Made by a program: the position numbers and the translations under genes. DNA of 64,000 nucleotides from an uncultured Eubacteriales bacterium (GTDB taxonomy: Bacteria; Bacillota; Clostridia; Oscillospirales; CAG-272). The stretch is taken from assembly GCA_900542425.1 (NCBI GenBank), contig UQNQ01000007.1:4119-68118 (forward strand), given 5' to 3'. This document shows, one piece after another, positions 57,662 through 64,000 of the stretch (positions are counted from its first letter, which is position 1; every line of letters starts with the position of its first letter). A model generated the notes under the pieces. That model did not search any database. It was not told the origin of the DNA and saw only the letters and a list, made by a program, of their open reading frames with translations.

Positions 57662-57695
57662 TGATTTCACCTTTCCATTCAGAAAATATGCACAA

Positions 57696-57724
57696 ATTAT
57701 AGCACGACATGCCGCTATTGTCAA
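57696..57724 (-). promoter_or_regulatory. Consensus sigma-70-type promoter of the M6 protease gene
   Basis: Minus strand reads TTGACA(57724-57719)-17 nt-TATAAT(57701-57696). Confidence 0.7.
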
Positions 57725-57758
57725 GCAACATGAATAAACATTCATTCAAAAAAATATC

Positions 57759-57787
57759 TTTACAAGTTTACTAATATATGGTATCAT
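57759..57787 (+). promoter_or_regulatory. Putative promoter of the serine protease gene
   Basis: TTTACA-17 nt-TATCAT with a TGn extension. Confidence 0.5.
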
Positions 57788-57836
57788 AATAATATCAAAA
57801 CCATATTTTATTATATTAGGAAGTCTGGTATATTTC

Positions 57837-58961
57837 ATGGCATATGATTTTCCAGAACGCGGGACACAAGCCAAAGCTTTGAAGATTCAGAAAAACAAAA
57901 CATCAAACACAAAAAGGAGTGTAAGCGATGAAAAAACAATCAAGCAAATTTTCTCTTCCCTTCTCTGCGTATGTTTTCTTGTTGTGTTTTCTTTTTCCGT
58001 CGGCGCGGCGGAAGCGCTCTCAGAGGTTATTGCAAGCCTTGACACCGCCGAAAAATATGATATAATTGAATATGATTATGTCACGGGAACCAAACGCGTC
58101 ATCCCATGGGAAAGTATTCCGGATTACAGCAGTACCACCTCCACCACCTACGAGCTTGCCGCCATGGCCTCAGAGCTGCCTAAACTTGCCCAGATGAGGG
58201 CGGCGCAAGCGGGAGCCTCGGTATCTCCGTTCTCCGTTATCGATCCCGACGGACCTTATACCCTGACGCCTCCCAGAACGGGCAACACCTATAATGTACC
58301 CTATTCTGGTGTAGTGTATCTCATGTTAGGGATCACACTCAGTAGCGGATCACAGCATCACACTTTCAGTCGCGCCACAGGCTTCATGGTCGCACCGGAC
58401 GTAATGGTGACCGCCGGACACGCGTTTGTCGATGAGGAACATGAAATAACAGAGGTTCGTATCTACCCCTATTATCATAGCTCTGTGCAGCCAAGCATCA
58501 ATTATGGTTATTACATCTATCCCGAAAGATGGGTCTGCGCCGATTATGCAGATAATGTCGGCACCAGTGAGGCAGATAATCACGACTGGTGCGTCGTAAA
58601 GCTGAAGGAGCCGCTGCCCGATGCGTTTTATTTTCCCTGTACCTATGAATTGCTCAGCTATACCACACATCCGGTATTCGTCTCCGGCTATCCCACCTGC
58701 ACTGATGTTACTTGCACAATAGAAAACTGTATGAATCAGGATTTTCATCAAGTGACAAGTGAAGGGTATGCGACGCAGGTAAGCCCGTATCTTCTACGCT
58801 ATGACAACAATACATACGGAGGCAACAGCGGCAGCCCGGTCTATCTGCCAAGCTATGTCTGCGTGGGCATCCACTCAAAAGGCGGGATCACCTACAACCA
58901 AGGAGTTAAAATCACAGAGGATATCTATAACGTCATTTCTTACTATATCAATTTAGATTAA
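57837..58961 (+). CDS. Secreted trypsin-fold serine protease, S1B (glutamyl endopeptidase-like). The start region appears frameshifted.
   Basis: Catalytic triad context VTAGHAF (His), NHDWCVVKL (Asp), GGNSGSPV (Ser). A signal-peptide-like segment begins only at aa ~35 of the track ORF. Confidence 0.75.
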   Translation: MAYDFPERGTQAKALKIQKNKTSNTKRSVSDEKTIKQIFSSLLCVCFLVVFSFSVGAAEALSEVIASLDTAEKYDIIEYDYVTGTKRVIPWESIPDYSSTTSTTYELAAMASELPKLAQMRAAQAGASVSPFSVIDPDGPYTLTPPRTGNTYNVPYSGVVYLMLGITLSSGSQHHTFSRATGFMVAPDVMVTAGHAFVDEEHEITEVRIYPYYHSSVQPSINYGYYIYPERWVCADYADNVGTSEADNHDWCVVKLKEPLPDAFYFPCTYELLSYTTHPVFVSGYPTCTDVTCTIENCMNQDFHQVTSEGYATQVSPYLLRYDNNTYGGNSGSPVYLPSYVCVGIHSKGGITYNQGVKITEDIYNVISYYINLD

Positions 58962-58971
58962 GGAGGCCGTT

Positions 58972-59598
58972 ATGTGCAAGAAATCTGTTTTCGCGTGTTT
59001 TATTCTGTGCATAGCTACCATTCTTCTGCTTGCGCTTTCCGCATGCGGCGGTCCAGAAACGACGAGCACCACAGGTTCCTCCGGCGATACCGAAGCTACA
59101 GGCAGTGACACGACCTCAACCTCTGCGCCGTCCGAAGCCACAGAAACAACGACAGCACTCTGGCAGCCGAATCTCGCCGGCGAGGTTTGGGATTTCAATC
59201 CGCTTTTCCCGCATACAGATGTAGATATAAATGACTACGACATTGAAATTACTATCGATGAGACAGTATATTCTGAAGTGCCGGAGAGCATCTCCCTTAA
59301 AATCACAAACAAAACCGGGAAAAATATTTGGCTTTGCATTGCGGCTTATATTGAAAAGCCCTATATGGTCGAATCCAGCCCCGGAAGCGGACATGATATA
59401 CCCAGAGCTCCCGTTTGGGTTCGTCTCCCCTATTACATTTGGCCTACATGGGCTGAATTGGAAGTTTCTGAAACGTCATGGGAAATCGACCTCACCAAAT
59501 ATTGGAGAGAGCCTTATGAATTTACACCCGGCAAATATCGTATCACCCTCTTTTTCCCGGACGGACCGCACTATGCCTATTTTGAAATAACCGGATAA
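58972..59598 (+). CDS. Lipoprotein of unknown function, 10 nt downstream of the protease gene
   Basis: Lipobox LSACGG, T/S-rich linker, AAGGAGG SD. Confidence 0.65.
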   Translation: MCKKSVFACFILCIATILLLALSACGGPETTSTTGSSGDTEATGSDTTSTSAPSEATETTTALWQPNLAGEVWDFNPLFPHTDVDINDYDIEITIDETVYSEVPESISLKITNKTGKNIWLCIAAYIEKPYMVESSPGSGHDIPRAPVWVRLPYYIWPTWAELEVSETSWEIDLTKYWREPYEFTPGKYRITLFFPDGPHYAYFEITG

Positions 59599-59701
59599 TT
59601 CCTCGTTTGTGTTCCCACAGAAATCATATGCCATGAAATGTGCCGGATAAGGGATCCGGCTCTATTTCTGTATTTTCCCACTTGTGAAAAGGAGCCCTCA
59701 T

Positions 59702-60427
59702 ATGCGTCTCGATAAATTTTTGTCGGAAACTGGTACCGCTTCCCGCTCTGAAAGCCGCAAAGCCGCTAAAATCGGCAGTATCACCGTCAACGGGGGTCTT
59801 ATTTCGGATGTTTCCGTCCATATCGATCCGACCCGCGATGAAATTTTTTATATGGGAGAGCGCGTCGTTTATCAGAAATATGTTTACCTTATGCTAAATA
59901 AGCCGGACGGCGTAATCTCTGCCACCGATGACGGAAAAGAACGTACCGTACTTGACCTTTTGCCGGACAAATACCGGAAAATAGGACTTTTTCCGTGCGG
60001 GAGACTTGATAAAAATACAACGGGACTTCTGATTCTGACCAACAATGGCACCCTTGCACATAAGCTTCTGTCTCCCAAGAATCATGTGGAAAAAACTTAC
60101 CGTTTTACCTGTGGGAAGCCTTTGACCGACGCCGACTGCACACTTCTGCGTCAGGGAGTGGATATCGGTGAAAAACATTCCACAGCACCGGCAATACTCA
60201 CCCTTTTTTCAGACTGTTCGGGCGAAATCACCGTTACAGAAGGAAAATATCATCAAATTAAGCGAATGTTTCAGGCAATATGCAATCGGATTGTTTCTCT
60301 TGAACGAATTTCTTTTGCCGGAATCACACTGGATCCGTCGCTTCCAAGAGGGGGCTTTCGGTCGCTGACGTCTGCCGAAACAAAAAAAATAGAAGAGAAT
60401 CCAAGGAATACACAAACACTCATATAA
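59702..60427 (+). CDS. rsuA: RsuA-family pseudouridine synthase
   Basis: Start at MRLDKFL (S4 domain). Catalytic GRLDKNTTGLLILTNNG. Confidence 0.85.
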   Translation: MRLDKFLSETGTASRSESRKAAKIGSITVNGGLISDVSVHIDPTRDEIFYMGERVVYQKYVYLMLNKPDGVISATDDGKERTVLDLLPDKYRKIGLFPCGRLDKNTTGLLILTNNGTLAHKLLSPKNHVEKTYRFTCGKPLTDADCTLLRQGVDIGEKHSTAPAILTLFSDCSGEITVTEGKYHQIKRMFQAICNRIVSLERISFAGITLDPSLPRGGFRSLTSAETKKIEENPRNTQTLI

Positions 60428-60459
60428 ATGTTCAAAATGATAAAATCGGAGGTTTCAAT

Positions 60460-62613
60460 ATGGATATCAATGCAAAACTCAGCGAGGAGCTTTCCATAAA
60501 ACCGGCACAAGTTGAGGCAGCAGTAAAACTCATTGATGACGGGAATACCATCCCGTTTATTGCCCGCTACCGTAAAGAAGTGACCGGTTCCCTTGACGAT
60601 GAACAGCTTCGCGCGCTTTATGACAGGCTCAACTATCTGCGGGGACTGGAGAAACGCAAGGAAGAAGTTTACCATGCCATTTCGGAGCAAGGGAAAATGA
60701 CTCCGGAAATAGAGGAAGCGCTTCAAAATGCCACCATTCTCGCAGAAATCGAAGATATTTACCGGCCCTATAAGCAAAAGAAAAAAACAAGAGCGTCCGT
60801 CGCAAAAGAAAAAGGGCTCGCGCCGCTTGCGGAACTTCTTTCCGCACAAAAAGACCGTTATAACACATCTCTTCCCGACATCGCGGCAGAATATATAAGT
60901 GAAGAAAAAAATGTCGCCTCAGCGGAAGAAGCACTTGCCGGCGCAATGGATATCCTTGCTGAAGAAATATCCGACAACGCGGATTACCGGCGTGACATCC
61001 GCGCTCTGACCTATGAATATGCTTTTCTTTCCGTAAAAAACGCAAAAGATGAAGATTCCGTATATTCTATGTATTATGATTACAACGAAAAGCTCTCAAA
61101 CGTCCCTTCCCATCGGATTCTCGCGATCAACAGAGGAGAAAAAGAAGAATACTTGAAGGTATCCGTGGATATTTCTAAGGATATCCCCCTCAACTATCTG
61201 GTTTATCAGGTTGTTACCAATCCTCACAGTCCGGCTTTTTCCTATGTTGTCGCTGCAATGGTGGACAGCTACGATCGGCTGATTGCACCATCCATCGAAC
61301 GAGAGCTTCGTTCCGATTTATTTGATACGGCAAGCGAAGGCGCAATCAAGCTCTTCTCACAAAATCTCAAAAATCTTCTCATGCAGGCGCCGATCAAAGG
61401 CAAAACCGTACTTGGCTTTGATCCCGGATATCGTACAGGCTGTAAGCTTGCCGTGGTAGACAAAACAGGAAAAGTGTTGGATACTGCCGTTATTTATCCG
61501 ACAAAGCCACAGGAAAAAATCGAAGAATCCAAAAAAATCATACGGCGCCTCATTGAAAAATATGACGTTGACATCATCTCAATCGGCAACGGAACGGCCT
61601 CCAAGGAAAGCGAGATTTTTATTGCCGACACACTCAAAGAGTTGGGTGGCAAAACCAAATATCTTGTGACAAGCGAAGCGGGAGCCTCCGTTTATTCCGC
61701 CTCCAAACTCGGTGCACAGGAATTCCCGGATTTCGATGTTACACAACGCAGTGCCGTCTCCATCGCACGCCGGATTCAGGATCCGCTGGCGGAGCTTGTC
61801 AAAATCGATCCCAAATCCATCGGCGTCGGACAATACCAGCATGATATGAAGCAGGCAAGGCTCGACGAAGCACTTTCCGGTGTTGTCGAGGATTGTGTCA
61901 ATGCCGTCGGCGTAGATGTCAATACTGCTTCGTATTCCCTGCTTGAACATATCGCAGGGATCAACGCCGCCTCCGCAAAAAACATTGTCAAATACAGAGA
62001 GGAAAACGGCGAGTTTCACCGACGCGCCGAAATTATGAAAGTACCGAGAATCGGTGCCAAAGCATATGAACAATGCGCAGGCTTTCTTCGCGTTTCCGGT
62101 TCTGACGAAATTTTTGATAACACCGGAATTCATCCGGAATCCTATGACAAAGCTAAAATTCTCATCGGCAAATTCGGATATACAAAAAAAGATATTACAA
62201 GCGCAGGACTTCCGGGACTCCGAAAAGCTGCCGAGGCTTACGGAATCGAAAAACTGGCAGGAGAACTCTCTACCGGCGAGCCCACCGTTCTTGATATCAT
62301 CACTGAGCTTGAAAAGCCGGGACGGGATATCCGTGATTCTCTTCCGACGCCTGAACTTCGCTCGGATATTCTGGATATTTCCGATTTATCGGTCGGTATG
62401 GTGCTGGATGGCGTCGTTCGTAATGTCATTGACTTCGGCGCTTTTGTTGATATCGGCGTTCATCAGGATGGTCTTGTCCATATTTCCGAAATCTGTCAAA
62501 AATATATCAAACATCCCAGTGAAGTCCTTTCTGTCGGTGACCATGTCAAGGTAAAAATCAAGGCGATTGATCTTGCCAAGAAACGGATCGGTCTCACGAT
62601 GAAAGATTTTTAA
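60460..62613 (+). CDS. tex: Tex-family protein (YqgF/RNase H-like, HhH and C-terminal S1 domains)
   Basis: N-terminal NTIPFIARYRKE and a C-terminal S1 domain GMVLDGVVRNVIDFGAFVDIGVHQDGLVHISE. Confidence 0.9.
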   Translation: MDINAKLSEELSIKPAQVEAAVKLIDDGNTIPFIARYRKEVTGSLDDEQLRALYDRLNYLRGLEKRKEEVYHAISEQGKMTPEIEEALQNATILAEIEDIYRPYKQKKKTRASVAKEKGLAPLAELLSAQKDRYNTSLPDIAAEYISEEKNVASAEEALAGAMDILAEEISDNADYRRDIRALTYEYAFLSVKNAKDEDSVYSMYYDYNEKLSNVPSHRILAINRGEKEEYLKVSVDISKDIPLNYLVYQVVTNPHSPAFSYVVAAMVDSYDRLIAPSIERELRSDLFDTASEGAIKLFSQNLKNLLMQAPIKGKTVLGFDPGYRTGCKLAVVDKTGKVLDTAVIYPTKPQEKIEESKKIIRRLIEKYDVDIISIGNGTASKESEIFIADTLKELGGKTKYLVTSEAGASVYSASKLGAQEFPDFDVTQRSAVSIARRIQDPLAELVKIDPKSIGVGQYQHDMKQARLDEALSGVVEDCVNAVGVDVNTASYSLLEHIAGINAASAKNIVKYREENGEFHRRAEIMKVPRIGAKAYEQCAGFLRVSGSDEIFDNTGIHPESYDKAKILIGKFGYTKKDITSAGLPGLRKAAEAYGIEKLAGELSTGEPTVLDIITELEKPGRDIRDSLPTPELRSDILDISDLSVGMVLDGVVRNVIDFGAFVDIGVHQDGLVHISEICQKYIKHPSEVLSVGDHVKVKIKAIDLAKKRIGLTMKDF

Positions 62614-62715
62614 TTTATTAGTTTTTTTCTCAATTTTCGTTCCTGTTCAATAATATTTCACTGGTTTTGTGCAAAAGCAACAAATAAAAACCGGAAATTT
62701 TGGAGATTTACCCTC

Positions 62716-62744
62716 TTTCAAAAATAGAGAATGTCTGTTATAAT
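62716..62744 (+). promoter_or_regulatory. Putative promoter of the ABC ATPase gene
   Basis: TTTCAA-17 nt-TATAAT with a TGn extended -10 (62736-62744). Confidence 0.45.
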
Positions 62745-62881
62745 AATATCGTTACATTAGCAATGACACTTTTATTTTTAAAAATATGGAACGCGCTTCT
62801 CCGCGTTTTCCGCACATCTCTCATCGGCGGCTGAGTGATGGAATATAAAAATTCGTTATGTCGCCGAGAACGGAGTCTCAT

Positions 62882-64000
62882 ATGGCAAGTCTGTCCTTAA
62901 GACACATTTACAAAAAATATCCCGGCGGAGTAACCGCGGTATCTGACTTCTGTCTTGAAGTCAAGGATACGGAATTCATCATATTCGTCGGTCCTTCCGG
63001 TTGCGGTAAATCCACAACGCTTCGTATGATTGCGGGACTTGAAGAAATTACAGAGGGCGAACTTTTCATCGGCGATAAGCTCGTCAACGATGTAGCACCA
63101 AAAGACAGAGATATCGCAATGGTGTTCCAGAACTACGCTCTGTATCCGCACATGACCGTATTTGACAACATGGCGTTCGGTCTGAAGCTCCGTAAAATGC
63201 CCAAAGAAACCATCAAACGCAAAGTAGAGGAAGCCGCACGTATTTTGGATATTACCCACCTGCTCGACCGTTATCCGAAAGCGCTGTCCGGTGGTCAGAA
63301 ACAGCGTGTGGCACTCGGACGTGCTATCGTCCGTGACCCGCAGGTATTCCTGCTTGACGAACCGCTTTCCAACCTCGACGCAAAACTTCGTGCTGCGATG
63401 AGAACCGAAATCACAAAGCTTCACAACAAGCTTGGTGCAACGTTTATTTACGTTACGCACGACCAGGTTGAGGCTATGACGATGGCGACAAGAATCGTCG
63501 TTATGAAAGACGGTATCATTCAGCAGGTAGATTCTCCTCAGAATTTGTATGATAATCCCGTCAATCTTTTTGTGGCTGGCTTTATCGGAACACCGCAGAT
63601 GAACTTCATCAACTGCACGCTTGAAAAAGAAGCCGGCGGGGTCTATTTGAAATTCGGTGAAGTCAAAATCAAGCTTCCTGAAGAAAAAGGCAATCTTCCC
63701 GAACTTCAGCCTTATATGGGCAAGGAAGTCATCGCGGGCGTTCGTCCTGAATGTATTGTTGATACCCCGATGCAGATTGCAGCACTTGAGGAATGTTCCT
63801 TTGAGGCATATGTCGACGTAACGGAGCTCATGGGTGCTGAAATCTATCTTTATCTGATTGCAAACAGAGTCGTTGTCGATGAAGAACTTGCCAAGAGAAA
63901 GAATATCGTCATCGATAAATCCGGCGAGGTCAAGTTGACCGCAAGAGTCTCTCCGAGATCTACCGCACAAGTCGGTGAAAACATCAAGGTTGCCATTGAT
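62882..64000 (+). CDS. Sugar-type ABC transporter ATP-binding protein (MsmX/MalK/UgpC-like), 3' end outside the window
   Basis: My own translation from ATG 62882: MASLSLRHIYKKYPGG...GPSGCGKST (Walker A), LSGGQKQR (signature), FLLDEPLSNLD (Walker B). The frame is open to the window edge. It is absent from the ORF track because no stop codon is reached. Confidence 0.9.
   Translation, partial: MASLSLRHIYKKYPGGVTAVSDFCLEVKDTEFIIFVGPSGCGKSTTLRMIAGLEEITEGELFIGDKLVNDVAPKDRDIAMVFQNYALYPHMTVFDNMAFGLKLRKMPKETIKRKVEEAARILDITHLLDRYPKALSGGQKQRVALGRAIVRDPQVFLLDEPLSNLDAKLRAAMRTEITKLHNKLGATFIYVTHDQVEAMTMATRIVVMKDGIIQQVDSPQNLYDNPVNLFVAGFIGTPQMNFINCTLEKEAGGVYLKFGEVKIKLPEEKGNLPELQPYMGKEVIAGVRPECIVDTPMQIAALEECSFEAYVDVTELMGAEIYLYLIANRVVVDEELAKRKNIVIDKSGEVKLTARVSPRSTAQVGENIKVAID

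Noticed and set aside
57928-58065. 45-aa +1-frame ORF (MKKQSSKFS...) as a genuine small secreted peptide
   Set aside because: It is more simply explained as the displaced start of the protease gene, because one extra A restores a canonical signal peptide in the protease frame. It is kept as a frameshift finding instead.
60271-61045. 192-aa and 138-aa minus-strand ORFs spanning the rsuA/tex junction
   Set aside because: They overlap two well-supported + strand genes and have an Arg/Phe/Cys-rich composition.
62897-63970. 357-aa minus-strand ORF in the track
   Set aside because: It is the antisense shadow of a clear + strand MsmX/MalK-type ABC ATPase gene with Walker A, signature and Walker B motifs all present. 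The minus-frame protein is low-complexity (F/R/K/C-rich) with no motif.

Overview
The window comes from a spore-forming Firmicutes/Clostridia-type chromosome and has two parts. (1) Positions 1 to about 31.7 kb are almost entirely minus-strand and look more AT-rich by eye. This is part of an integrative conjugative element (ICE) with a Gram-positive (MPF-FA, Tn1549/CTn4-like) type IV secretion module: VirB2-like, VirB6-like, NlpC/P60+3D hydrolase, PrgI/VirB3-like, VirB4 ATPase and VirD4 coupling protein. It also carries a 1415-aa thioester/Cna-B surface adhesin, a dedicated signal peptidase I, two sigma-like regulators, a divergent XRE switch, tandem excisionase-like genes next to lysS, and a cargo block of GNATs, a methyltransferase, a nucleotidyltransferase, a PARP-like DUF3990 protein with an HTH partner, and a YpsA-like SLOG protein. 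No integrase or canonical relaxase is present in the window, and the left end of the element lies outside it. (2) Positions 31.8-64 kb are housekeeping genes: lysS-greA, an S41 peptidase, a PucR-type regulator, rsmE-prmA-dnaJ-dnaK-grpE-hrcA with a CIRCE operator, tcdA, typA, three lipoproteins, CotF-like spore coat genes, YitT, a SpoVB-like flippase, a cluster of secreted hydrolases (LamG-esterase, M6 metalloprotease, S1B serine protease), rsuA, tex and a partial MsmX/MalK-type ABC ATPase. No rRNA, tRNA, CRISPR array or IS element was recognised. The findings most worth following up are listed here. First, a roughly 250-nt structured leader with a consensus promoter, mutually exclusive helices and a terminator lies upstream of the ICE zinc-finger/sigma/signal-peptidase operon. 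Second, a tightly coupled six-gene cargo operon is headed by an ART-like DUF3990 protein. Third, an XRE/SLOG gene pair has a long out-of-frame overlap. Fourth, an in-frame TAG interrupts a zinc-finger gene that is still translationally coupled to the sigma gene. Fifth, intrinsic terminators sit in line within the conjugation gene array, including one directly after the T4SS promoter. Sixth, a poly-A frameshift sits at the start of a secreted protease gene. All family names are recalled from memory and motif reading. No database search was run.
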